Part shown: in pieces, positions 12,701 through 25,800 of the stretch
Position numbering within the stretch: position 1 is the first letter of the stretch
Layout: each line of letters starts with the position of its first letter
From: Takakia lepidozioides
Taxonomy: Eukaryota > Plantae > Bryophyta
Assembly: GCA_030704615.1 (NCBI GenBank)
Contig: CM060732.1
Span: 33,480,001 to 33,544,000 of the forward strand
Direction: 5' to 3'
Length of the DNA: 64,000 nucleotides
Position numbers and translations under genes: made by a program
The notes under the pieces: generated by a model
Databases searched by the model: none
The model's input: only the letters and a program-made list of their open reading frames with translations
What the model was told of the DNA's origin: nothing

Positions 12701-15561
12701 TTCACGACCACATTGACTCGGAGGACCCAACTACACTTCCTGTCCACCAGTCCGGATCCTGGCTCGTTGAACAGAGTCGGCTGCACTGGCCTCAACGGGA
12801 CCCTGTCTCTGAATTTGTGCGGAGTTCTATCAGTGCATTGACGGAATCTTCTTTTCCCGCCGGGCCATCTTCACATATTGGCGCATCGTTTGAGGATATA
12901 AGTCGGGCACCGGTAAACCATTCTTCTCCAGTGACCCATGGCCTGCCAACTATTTCCATTCAGCTCAGCCCGGTTTTGGTTCGTTCGCTTACGAAAGCTA
13001 TAGATGATTCTTACGTGATTGATCGCAATATGGGAACTCAACCCCGTATCATTGACCTTACTGAAGAACTAGACGATGTAATTGCCGCGGATAATTTAGA
13101 TGTTGGCGGTAGTCAAGCTTTTTCTGCATCAGACCCTGAAGACACAGTTGACTTGCAAGTTGATAGATTGATCTCCTCCCTGCAAGAGCAGACCGACCAC
13201 GAGAGTGACCACCAGGCTGAACAGCAGACTGACCAGAGCAAAAAGTAGACTGAGCACGAGACTGACCAGACTGAGGACAGTGAGCAGCAAACTGACGCTG
13301 AACATGGTCCTCTGAAGGAGGGCCAACATGCCGTTCGCCCCGCCCACGAGAGTGTCCACCAGACTCGACAGCAGACTGACCAGAGCGGTGAGCAGACTGA
13401 GCACCAGACTGGCCAGACTGAGCACCAGACTGGCCAGACTGAGGACACTGAGCACCAGACCGATGCCGAACATGGACAGACTAAGGGCCAACATGCCGTT
13501 CCCCCCACACACAAGAGTGTCCACCAGACTCGACAGCAGACTGACCATAGCGGCGAGCAGACTGAGCACCAGGCTAACCGCTCTGAGTAGCACAGACTGA
13601 CTGACGTTCAAGCAGGGGAGCAGTCTACCCAGTCGCTTCCTTCCAATGACGCCGTACAGGTTGTGCCCTACCGTCTTCCACCTCTGTGATTTCAGATTTA
13701 TGTTCAATTTCTGTGTATTGACAGGATCTGTTGTACCTACAAGACTCCCTCCCAGACAATTCCACAACCCGCCAATGTTGCTCACGTTGGCTCCACAACC
13801 AAAAAATGTGGCTTACTTACAACGCCAACAGATGCACGGATTAATTCAACGCATGTGACCCGTGAGGCTGCCAATACATGTCCTGCAAGTGTGAACAAGC
13901 CTGCAGACACAGTCGTGTTGCAAAGCAGGACCGCATCACTTCGTCAGTCTGCTGAATCGAACCCGGCCACACTAGTCGCCTGGGCACAAGTAGAGCGAAG
14001 AAGCGGACTGTCATGGAGCAGACTCAGGAAATTTGGGAGGGTCCTGTTGCCAAGAAACCTGCGAAGAAAGACAAGTCCGCTGTCTTCATGAACAAGGATC
14101 GCAAAATGGCATTGGATACGGACAAGGAAGTGGTTCTTCAGCAAGAAATGCACCAGTGAGTAGTCCTCCCAGTCTGCTGAGTCTGGTCACTCCAGTCTGC
14201 TCAAAAGTGTGAGTCTGCTCAGTCCGCTCAGTCTGGTGAGTCTGGCAAGTCCGCTCAGTCCGCTCGGTATGGGCAGTCTGTTGAATGGAGTCAGTCCGCT
14301 CAGACCGTTGCGTACATGGGTTTTCACACAAGGCCGTGGTCTGTGTGCAGGTTGGGTTCTCGTTTTGCCGCGGCCCTGCGACAGAATGTCGCGGCCGGCA
14401 ATTGCATGGTTCACTTTTATGAAGGCAACCCCCGGTATGAGTGCTCCATCGGGCCTCCGGACTTGAAGCCACTTGAGACGGTGGAGTCGGAGTGCACAGA
14501 TAGAATGCTGGAGCTGTGGTGTCGTTTCTATGAGAAGACGGTTGAGGACAAGTACTCAAGTACTGTTGCTCTTCTGCCAGCCTCAATGTGGTCTTGTATG
14601 ATGACACATTGGGATGGGCCACGGGAAAGGCTAGTGGAGTATGTACATTCTTGCTGGAGCGTCCCTCGGCTCGGCAAAGACATAAAAGACTGCTATCATA
14701 TAATCGTTCCGATTGTGGAGGAGTAAGATCTCGCATACCCAGTCTGTTTTGTCGAGCCAGTCTTTTGAATGACATCACTACGTTCACACCTGCCTCTCGC
14801 TGGTTGAGCCCGTTCAGTCTGCTCAGTCTGGCAAATCTGCCCAGTCTTTTGAATGAGGACAGTCTGCTCGGTCTGCCCACTCAGCCCTGAGTTTGCTCAA
14901 TCTGCCAAATCTGCTGAGTCTGCTCATTATGCCGAGTGTGCTGAGTCTGCTCATTATTCCGAGTCTGCTGAGTGATGAGTCTTCTGAGTCTGCTGAGTCG
15001 TGACTCTGCCGAGTCGGCTGAGTGTAGTGGGACCAGGACCCGTGCAGTGTGCGAGTCTGTAGAGTCTGCTGGAGAGGCAATTGGAGTGGTCTGCTGAGTG
15101 GACTGCTGTTGTGAGACTCATGAGATTTGTCTTGCAGGGCGCACTGGAGTGTTGTTGTCATCGACGTGCGGAAAGGCTGCTACACTCACATGAACTCTAT
15201 CGAGTCTTTGTATGGTTGCCCATATGTTTTGTCATGGATACGGAAGCTGCATGCGGAGTGTTTAGGCTACAGTGTTGATTCACCGGGTTGGGAGGAGGTT
15301 AGGGCATTTCAGTTCAACCAGCCTGAAGTGCCCCAACAGCCATTCAGCTGGGAATGCGGGTTTTACGTCATGTCCTTCATCCAAGGATATTATAAATGGC
15401 TACAAACTGGGCATACTCGAACCTCTTTTAAAAGGGCAGAGAGAGGAGTACCTTTCACGAAACACTGGTTTACGTTCAAGTTTGCACTTGGCCAACGGAT
15501 GCAGTGTCTTAAGTACATCTTGACTGGTTTGAGTGCTGCTGAGAAAGCAGTATCCTCATAG
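9707..15561 (+). pseudogene. MULE-A cargo gene(s): multi-exon, ending in a Ulp1/peptidase C48 (SUMO protease-like) domain
   Basis: The last exons read IIVPIVE|AHWSVVVID...THMNSI...VPQQPFSWECGFYVMSF, giving His, Asn in place of Asp, Gln and Cys, with a GT-AG intron at about 14722-15137. The 5' part has a degenerate zinc-finger-like YPFC-x12-H, a helical domain (10973-12247) and Q/T-rich repeats. In-frame stops and frameshifts are present. It may be more than one gene. Confidence 0.75.
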
Positions 15562-16457
15562 ATATCCATCTGGGCCCGAGATTAGAGGTGCACCATAGGA
15601 CACATTTGTCATGTAAGCATGCTTTTTGAGCATTTGCAACGAAATAAAATATGACTTTGCATACACATCCTATTGGTCGCATATGAGTGCAGTGTGGAGT
15701 AGTCGCTGTAGATTTGTGACCAATTCACTGCATGTTGTTAAACGGACTTACCTCTGCACACGCAATCATTTTGTTTAACATACCAAGGGAGTCCACTGGT
15801 CAGCAAACAACCGAGAGTCAGCAGACTGCCAGAGTATGGGAAGAGGGTATGCCTAGGCTTGTGAGCAGACAGATGGCAATGTCGCCAGATTGACGAGAGT
15901 CCGACAGACTGAGGAGTTGGGACCAGTCCGGCAGACTGGCAGATGCGATTGGGAACACTGAGTCTGCATTGGTGAGCAGACTGTCGAGAGTCACCGGGGT
16001 GGTATAGTACAGGCGGATGACATTGGCCAGTAGACTGCCAAGTCTGGTCAGCAGAGTAATGAGAGTCCACCGTGCTGAGAATGGCCAGTCTGATGGGCAG
16101 ACCGCATGAGGCTCACTGGTTAGCCAGGTGCAGGCACGTTCAGAACCGGGAGACTGGTCTACTCAGGAGAAGGCTGCCACAACAGACTATTTGAAGACTG
16201 AGTCCCAGCCTGGTACAGCAGACTGGTTCAGATACCAGAAGAGTGGTTGAGCAGACTGGTTCAGACACCGGAGGACTAGTTGAGCAGACTGGATCAGACG
16301 GTAGAAGTCTAGTTGAGCAGACTGGTTCAAATGCCAGAAGACTGGTCTATCAGGCTGGTTGGCAGGCACGTTGGAAGTCTGGTGCACATGCAATCGTACC
16401 GCCGAAATTTTATTTCATGGGGAGAATGATACTGTACCATTTCTTACATTTCCTACT

Positions 16458-19400
16458 CTACTTTAAAACTGGTATACGGTCTGTGACTCTCCGGATTGTG
16501 GAGTATATGTGTGCTGCAGATGTTGGGGAACCAACCCTCTTCCCTGTTTTGCGTAAGACCCTGGGTCGCGTTTTCCATGCCTCAACGAAATTCCGTTTCC
16601 TTTTCAGCGACATATTGTTGTTGTCATTTACAGGACGGAAGCTCTTTGCTGCCGCAGGGTGCAACATTCCTGCAACACTCTTGGCAAGAATATCAACAAG
16701 CTGCCCCCTACAGATACGAAGAAAAGACAACACATGTTTCTGCAGGTATTTGTCGTCCCCAACAATGCGAAGTATGTCTGCAAATTCTTCATCCATGGAG
16801 GATGGTACGAGGACAGGCTCCGCAACATAAGGGAAGTCATTTGTGGAAGGGCCCTCTGTTGCATTTCCCAAACCCTCTTCGTCGCCGACACTTGCATGAA
16901 CCCTAAACACATTATGCAATCCTCCATGAATGGTTCCCAGCGCCGTGCCACAAGCGCGCACTATGAGTCCATCCTGCAAGTGTGGATGAATCAACTTCAA
17001 GACTCGGACTTGATGCTTGCACAAATTGCCCTTCATTGCCCATGGGCAAGTGCAAGAAGCCCATTTGCATCCGGGGTTGTAAACAATGTAAATTGTGTTT
17101 GGGTGATTGGTGCTTAGAACATAGGCTGGTTGCCCAGGATGGAACGGAAGAGTGACATTGCAAGCTGGGATATCACGTGCCGCAAGCACAGAACTGGACA
17201 TGTACTTCTCATGTTTTCATTCCTTATGAATCCGTGCGTCTTCAGGTGAATTGCATACCAGTAGTGTGTTAGCACACGGCCTGTGAGTTCCCATATGAGC
17301 CAATCCACTCTACGCCCAGTCATTTTGCTTTTCCCCATCCTCAGTCTTGCCTTCAAGTTTCCATGGTATGCCTCAATGCTAGCATTGGTGTCTTGACTGG
17401 CATGCGGAACATGGCGAGCTGTTGTACACCACATTGCTATTTTAGGACGCCATTTCTTATCGATGTAGTCCAGAAATTCATGCCCATTCGGATATTTCTT
17501 TCTCATGCGTCGGAGCGTTGTTGCTACCCATGCAAGACCTTCTTTGGGATTGATTGGTCCACCTCTACAGTACATGAGGTCTCCCATATCTTTCAGCAAG
17601 TTTGCGGCAGTGATAGGATCTTTGGTTTTCGCGCATGATTGCTTCACCCAAGCCCGCCTGACATGCCAAAGGCACAGGAAAATTAGCACTCCTCGAAAAA
17701 CAGCCCTGCAAAGTACACATGCCCACATGAGAGACTTCAAAGAGGACTTGGCCGGTGGATTTGGGCACTAACCCAGTAGACTGTCTAGTTGGCTGGTCTG
17801 CCCGTCTGTTCCAAACGGATTCAGGCAGCAGACTCGCCCACTCTGACCTGCCATGAGTGTTGCCTCTCACGACACCGCCAGCAGACCTGACCACGCTGAC
17901 CTCGCAGCGGACTTACGTAAGTGAGTCTTGCAACGGACTTGGCCAGAGGGCATCTCGACCGGACTAGGTTGCCAGCAGACTTCCGAACAATCCCCTCCGG
18001 CGGACTCGTCTGCCAGCAGACCAGAGTGAGGTCGCAGCAGACTGGCGCACATGAGTCTTGCAGCGGACTTCTTGTGAACAATCCTCTCTGGCGGACCTGC
18101 CTGCCAGCGGACTTGCTGGACTTGACTGAGGTCGCAGCAGATTGGCGCACGTGAGTCTTGCAGCGGACTGTTTACGAACAGTCCTATCTGGCGGACTCGC
18201 TTGCGAGCAGACTTGCTCGACCAGACTGAGGTCGCAATAGACTTGCGCACGTGAGTCTTGCAGCGGACTGCTTGCGAATGGTCCCCTCCGACGGACCTGC
18301 CTGCCAGCGGACTTGCTGGACCAGACTGAGGTCGCAGCAGACTGGCACACGTGAGTCTTGCAGCGGACTGCTTGCAAACAATCCCCTCTGGCGGACTGGC
18401 CTGCCAGCGGACTTGCCCTTAGGAGACCGGCAGCAGACTTACCCAGACGTTGCTGGCAGCACACCCGAGCAAACTGACCTTGTAGCATACTTGCGCAAGT
18501 GAGTCTTCCAGCGGACTTCGCTAGAGGACATTATCAGCGGACTGGTTTGCCAGCAGACTTGCAGAAATGAATGGGCCGGACTTGCAGCCAGGACTGCGTT
18601 GTATGGCAGGGGACTTGCCGAAGAGACAGACAATGGATGCAGACGATGGACTTGCACGCGAGTGTACAGGAGGGTACGTGAAACTTATGTAATGGAGTTT
18701 ATTTTGGCGTCGGCATCGTCCACAATGAAGGCAACATTTTTGCGAGGAGAGAGTCCTGCAAGGTTGCCATCCACGGCACCAGGTCTGTTGTCCGCTCTTG
18801 TGCGCATATGATGTATGCAACTGGTATACCGTTAAGCCACTCATCGAAGACCATCAACGTGTACAATGGGAATTGTTCAAATGCAGAATGTCAGATGCTG
18901 CCAGTGTGCGTACATCCACTACTTCTGCAAGTGGATAAATTGTGAAAGGGATGAAGAGTACCTTGTGGTGATTTGTCCCGAAGGTTGCATCGCATGCAAC
19001 GATACGGGCATGGCCTCATTGAAGCATTCGCTTCTTCTGCCACTCAGTCTGTATGCCGATTGTGAATGTTAAGTCGCCATCGTAGTGCTTGAATGTTGGC
19101 GCCAATTTTTCCTCTTGATAGAAGAAGACCGATTTTGGGTTCTGGTCTTTCCACATGCGGACACTCTCCGCATCGTTGGCATGTTTCTTGAACATTTGCC
19201 ACGCCCGTTTCTCGGCCAGGTTGCGCACATCCTGCTCTAGCAAAAAATTGTCTCGTGTCCATGCATCCCCCAACCCGGTGTTGTTCATGATGTGCTCTTT
19301 ATGTTCCATCATGATTTGGGCGACTGACAGGCCTCGGCACAGACACTCCATGACCCATGCTTTCAATTCCTTGCTAATGTGTGGTGCGTAGGCGTGGCGA

Positions 19401-19641
19401 GTGTTCCTGAACTCAACGGACTTCCCATGACAGGCGTTCCCTTTTGCGTCTGTATGCTCCATATTGTTGTAGTACGTGAGGACACAAATGTCGGGGGCGA
19501 GATAGCATTGCTGGACTTTGAAACAGCACTGGCAACCATATTCCGACTTCTTTCTCATTGGGCCTTTATGAGGGTGAGATGTTCCAGCACCCAGAAGAGG
19601 TCCTCCACATTTCAGTTTGGGATCCTCCACTATCGCATTGT
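16458..19641 (-). pseudogene. MULE-A transposase, 3' part (WRKY/FAR1-like zinc domain, DDE core, SWIM finger)
   Basis: GCQCCFKV...HTDAKGNACH; TIGIQTEWQKKRMLQ*GHARIVACDATFGTN (D1); AFIVDDAD (D2); LCLWHVRRAW (CxxH); TNASIEAYH (E); CTCPWAMKGNLCKH (SWIM). It contains introns, a TGA stop and frameshifts. Confidence 0.92.
17900..18420. repeat. 100-bp tandem repeat (about 5 copies) in an intron of the MULE-A transposase
   Basis: gtgagtcttgcagcggact recurs with cagcggact at 18061, 18161, 18261 and 18361. Confidence 0.9.
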
Positions 19642-19877
19642 GGGGGCTGCTATTTCATGAGCGGCATGAGCATGAGCGGCATGAGCATGAGCGGAAAAAA
19701 AAAAAGCATGAGCAGACCATTGTGAGTCCACGGAAATAGGGTTAGGAGGCACGGAAATAGGGTCATGTGAAGTTGGAATGTGGCACCAGTGGACTTAAAA
19801 TGCAACATTTTATTGCAAATTTTGTGGCAAGCCACGTCTATACAAGTGTGTTCTAACTGTCATAGCCGGAATGGGCA

Positions 19878-22800
19878 CTACTCTCCTACACCCTCCGAGG
19901 AACTTGCCCCACCTTCTTCCTCATCCCCCTCATCCCCCTCATCCTCCGAGCTCTGTGATGCATCAGTTCCACTATGCCTCTCAAAAATCCCGTCCTCTCC
20001 TTGGGGGACTGTCCACCTCACCTCCTGGGAATCTTCTGCGTCTTCTCCCCCACTTTCCTCAGCAGAATCCAACACAAATCTACGAGCCCGACGGGCTCTA
20101 ATAGCTGCTGCCTCCTCCCTCATCTTCATTTTCTTGAGGCTTGCCTCGTCTAAAATCTGCTGTACACGACTACGTTCGGAACACCTCCTAATGGACACCG
20201 AAGCAAGCCGGGCAGCATAAGTAGGCAGGATGTACTCCCTTTCTGGACTAGGCATGAAATCTCCCCTGGCAAAAAAAGGCACGTTCCTCCTGCCCATGAA
20301 CTCCGGTGTAGACGTCCCTCCGGCAGTACTTGGCATCCTACAGTAAGAACAAATCCACTTGAAGAATGTCAATACCAGCACAACCAGAAAGGGTTTTCAA
20401 TGAAATAAGAGAGCGGAGGGAGGTGCCTCACAAAATCTGGAGGCAACTTACAATGCCACCACTCACTCGTAAACCGGGGGCTCCTCGGCCTCGATCCCAA
20501 CTTCCTCCCCCTGCTCCTTCTCGGATTTTTCCTCATCCTCCGAGGATGCCTCTTCCTCTTTCGGCAGACGTTCAGCCGCTGCAAGTTCCGAGTTGTGGAG
20601 GGCAGTATCTGGCTCGAAGGCGAACACATGCCTGTCGGACAACGTCCCTGCCCACATTGAAGCACCTGAGGAACAAAGCGGGCGGTTAATAGCTTGCGGC
20701 ATGCAATTGCAATGGGGCCAGGGGACAAACTGAGCACGTGAAGGCTTACCCGTGCCGCATGTGAGGTCCAGAATCCGCCCTTGGACATCCGAGCACGTCT
20801 CCATGAGGGTTTGGATGAAAGCAGGGCTTCGGGTCCGGCTGTACCGCCACGGTTTGCCTGTCTTTGTGTCCTTCGGCATACTAGAGTGGGGCACATAGTT
20901 GTAGAGGACATCGTAGGTTACAGGGTCCACAGCGGCATCAACAAGACGACCGTCGTTGCGGAATTTGAACGTAGACCCTCTCTTCACAAAGCAATATGCC
21001 TCAAACACCAATGTCTGCACATCCAACAAAGAAGGGATCAATTCCAGGGTCTACTTAACATACACCACAATATGAAGTGAATGCAATAGATTGATAACTT
21101 ACACTTTGGCCCTCTGTTCGCAACCCCTGCGTACTGATGCAGAACCATTTTCTGAGGAGGACCGGGGTGACACTTTTCGGTGTCCACCTTGCCACCGCAT
21201 TCTCTGTGGTCTTCCCTCTCGTGGCAAGGACAACCACACATCCACCGTCATCCAGAAGCATCCCCGCCAGCCCAAACCCGGCTTTCCAGTAGTCCTCAGT
21301 AAACCTGTTCCAGGTGGGCACACCATCCAGGCCCTCCAGCAGCTCCCCATCTGGAATGTCGAGGAGAATCATGTCGCAAGCTCTCTCCACCTCAACCCCC
21401 CCCGAGTGCTCTTGCAATTCGTGCTCACAGCCGTGAAGAATTCCATCATGGCTTCAAAACCAGGGGTGTCTTTAGGCTCTGTACCGGCAGCCCTCTTCTT
21501 GGCTTTTCCCTTCTGCTCCGCCAGAGACTTGTTGTGTGCCACCTTCTTCGCCCTGGCAGCGAGAGCATCAAGGAAGCTCTCATTGACGCATTGGATGATG
21601 GTTGGAGGTTCTAGCTTTGGCCTGTGCGTAAACGTCACCGCCGAATACCGCCGTGTAGGCTCGCCCTCAAATGCCAACTTCTTGGCAGAGCCAGTCCCAC
21701 TCCGAACTGACTTGGGAACCCGGACGACCGGTGACTGGGTAGGAGCAACAGCAGTCGCAGGACCTTGAACAAAATCGGCGTCGGAGTCACTCTCTTGGGT
21801 CCCCTCCTGCGCCTCCTCCGATGCCCCGATGGTTTTCTTCTTTTTGGGTGTTACTGCAGTCACCTGTTTCCTTGTCCTTTTCCTTTGACCTTTACTCTTC
21901 TCATGCAATTTCTCTTGAATTCCTGCCTGAGCAAGCTCTGCCGCTTTCCTGGAGTTCGCAAGCGCTTTTGCCTCTTTTGCACCCAACGGAGGCAGCGGAG
22001 CCCGGTTTCGTCGGAATTCAGCATCCAGCTTCAATTGAAACTCGGATGGGTCGAGCGAGCCGGGCGGAAGGTCCACATACCAAGGGCAATCACGCAAATG
22101 TTCCAGATGCCACTCCTTCACAATATCGTCAGTGTACATGGAGTCAGCCCCAGGGTTCCTCCATGCCAGGAAGAATGGTGGCTCGAAAGACAGATGACCT
22201 TTCTCCAAAAGCGAGAACTTACAGTACCTGCATTCATGAAAAACCCAATGAGGTCCGAAAATGGCTAACTCCCTGAACGGCAATAGGGCCTACAACTGGA
22301 ATATGGCGCCGAATTTCCACTTCAGGGCCACCCAGTGTAGGGACTTAGCCCGAAAATGGCTAAGTCCCTGGACGGCAATACGGTCTGGAACTGGAAAACG
22401 GCGCCGAATTTCCACTTCCGGGCCAGCCACCCTAGGGACTTACACAAAAAATGGCTAAGTCCCTGGACGGCAATAGGGCCTAGAACTGGAATACGGCGCC
22501 GAATTTCCAGTTCCGGGCCAGCCACCCTAGGGACTTAGACCGAAAATGGCTAAGTCCCTGGACGGCAATAGGGCCTGGAACTGGAATATGGCGCCGAATT
22601 TCCACTTCAGGGCCAGCCAGTCTAGGGACTTGGCCCGAAAATGGCTAAGTCCCTGGACGGCAATAGGGCCTAGAACTGGAATACGGCGCCGAATTTCCAG
22701 TTCCGGGCCAGCCACCCTAGGGACTTAGACCTAAAATGGCTAAGTCCCTGGACGGCAATAGGGCCTGGAACTGGAATATGGCGCCGAATTTCCACTTCAG

Positions 22801-25800
22801 GGCCAGCCAGTCTAGGGACTTCGCCGGAAAATGGCTAAGTCCCTGGACGGCAATAGGGCCTAGAACTGGAATACGGCGCCGAATTTCCAGTTCCGGGCCA
22901 GCCACCCTAGGGACTTAGACCGAAAATGGCTAAGTCCCTGGACGGCAATAGGGCCTGGAACTGGAATATGGCGCCGAATTTCCACTTCATGGCCAGCCAG
23001 TCTAGGGACTTAGCCCGAAAATGGCTAAGTCCCTGGACGGCAATAGGGCCTAGAACTGGAAAACGGCGCCGAATTTCCAGTTCCGGGCCAGCCACACTAG
23101 GGACTTAGCCCGAAAATGGCTAAGTCCCTGAACGGCAATAGGGCCTGGAACTGGAAAATGGCGCCGAATTTCCAGTTCCGGGCCAGCCAGTCTAGGGACT
23201 TTGCCATTTTCGGAGCCCTGACTGGAAATTCGGCGCCATTTTCCCTAACACCACTTAGGCCTCTAACATCCTGAAATGCCAGGACTTGAAAGAAAGGCAG
23301 CGCGTATGTACCTGTACAGAAGGCGCATTGCTGCTTTGTCCGCGTTCGGCTGGTCGGTGAACTCGTGGCTCCGGCGAGCATCTGCTATCTCCCGAAAGAA
23401 TAGGTTGGTTTTGTAGAGCAGAAAGTACCTCGTCACATAGTCACGCAGGCTCTCTGCTGCAGGAGATATCTCCATCTTGAACTGATGTGCTTGTGTGTCC
23501 AGCTGCTCTTGCGCATTCGTCGTCACCTGTGGAGATTGTCCATCAGATCGCTTTCCTCAAAAAATACAATGAATCAACCCCCTACTAGAGTACAAGCCCC
23601 AAACGAAGCGTGGGGAAGTACCTGAAACCACCATGTCATGCGGTTCATCCACATGTCGAATGTGGGGTCAGAGAGTTTGTCCGGTTTGGGGAAGCTCCAC
23701 ATGTCCCTGGTACTTTGGGAACCATTCCAGATTTGGAGCCACCGGGTCTGTCCAACCACCCAGCATATTCGTAAGCGCCAAACACCACAAAAAGGAGTTG
23801 TTGCCACCACAATTTGGTTAAGAATGTATCACCTTTTCTGTTGCATCCACACAGGATGTGGCTAGACGATGGAGCTTCTCCAATGTCATCGTGGGCTTCA
23901 GAGCGCGAGAGTAGTGCTTTCCCACCTCCACCAGAAAGTCGGCACCAAGGGCGGGATCAGCTATGGCCACGTACTTTACCATCCGCGACTTGTACTTTAT
24001 GCGGGCCCTCACCTCCGCAGCTTTGACATACGATTCGAGTTCCGGGAGGGTTGGATTCTTCTCCTCTGACTCCATGTAGAACCTCCGCGCATGTGCCAAA
24101 TCCTGCTGTATTTTCGTCTGTCGAAAAGCAGCACATAAGATTAGAGATCCTGCTCAACACAATTTCTTCTATTGGGGGAGGAGAGACAAATTAGCTCAAC
24201 AAAACTGCAGAGCTTTACCCGAAATATGTAGTCCACCATGGCGTCGACGCTCAGCCTATACCAGGTTCTGTCTGCCTTTGCCTCCGACTTGCGCAGGAGG
24301 TCGGCACTGAGGGAATTGGCAAACTCTTCCACCCCCTGCCTCCCGACATCCTTCACTCGGAAGAGCATATGGGACAAGTTGGTGGCAATGAAGGCATTCT
24401 CAGTCACCCTGCAGTGCCACATTTCCATCAAACAATACTGAAATGGGAATTTTCATCATATATGAGGATTCGCAATGAAATGACTTCCAAATTCAAAGTC
24501 CAAAAGCGAGAGGGGTTGTAGCTTACGAGTTGATGTCGGCCATTGCAGCTTTGAGAAGACTGCGATCTTTGGGCCCCGCAACCTTCAGCACAACACAATC
24601 GACGGCGAAATGCCAATCGAGATCGTTGGGTTGGGCTTGGGCAATGTGCTCCATCCATGCCAGGAGGCGATGATTGCCGTCCCACACGTAGAACATCTTA
24701 CCGGACATGTGCTGGAAAAGAGGATCACTAGCAATCGATCTCTCGAACTCCTCATTTCGCGTTTGCCAATGGGGACCCCATTTGTCCACCTCATCGGAAG
24801 TGTGGGCACGGGAAGCTCCGTGGTCGTTCTCAATGGAAACGTAAAAGGCGGCAGACCCCATTCGATATCCATCCCGGAAAGAGAATTTCAGCTTGTCGAT
24901 ATCGCCTGGGAGGGCAGGTCTCACCACCTGCAATGACACCAAGCGGCAAAGGGGAATTCGAAGCTTGGCCGGGTACACCATGCCCCCCAGCACCCTGCCA
25001 ATGTTGCTGTGGGTTGCCTCCAACATCTTGGCAGCGGCCAACTTCATATCCGCCTCAGACATGACGTCTGCTGCAGAGGGGTTTTCCGGCAGCCCACCAA
25101 GACCGCCAAATCCAGCCTGTATGCTCCGGGTTTGGGGCCTGGGGATGTCCGGGAGAACGTCATCCTGGTCAGAAACATCCATGTCGTCCTCCTCAACAGG
25201 GTCAGCCACCTGCGAAACCACCTCCAGCACTCTCGTCGTCTCTACTGCCCTCTCCCTGGCTTCACCTCGAACTTGCACAATCGGTGCTCTTTCAGGTGTT
25301 CTTTCCTCTCCTCCACTCTCCACCGTATGGGTAATTGCGGGGCTGCACTTGCCCGCGATGGTCTAACCGGTGTGCTACTGCCTCTCTGTGGTGTCTTGTA
25401 GGGATCCACCGTCTCTGTGTGTCCCTCGCTTACATTGGCATCTGTCATTTGGGCACCCCGGGCCTCTTCAGCTGCCTTTTGTCTTTCCTCCTTGCTAGCA
25501 TTCTGTCTCGTCTGTTCTTTTGCCCTCTCTTTTGCCCTCTCACGGGCTTTCTGTTTCTTACTAGGGCTAGCAACAGGGGAGCCCTCCAGGACGACCACCT
25601 TTGATTGAGGCGAACTGACACCCTCGCGCGCACTGCTCACTCCCCCCTCCGCAGCCCGTGACTGCTCTCTCGCCGGGGATTGCATGTGCTTAGCTTTCTT
25701 CTTTTTCTTTGCGTGGGCGGGCCCTACTGCATGTGCATGAACAACCTCCATTGCCGGATCTGCTGTCCTCATGTCCTCACGCCCTTCACCTGCCATGCCG

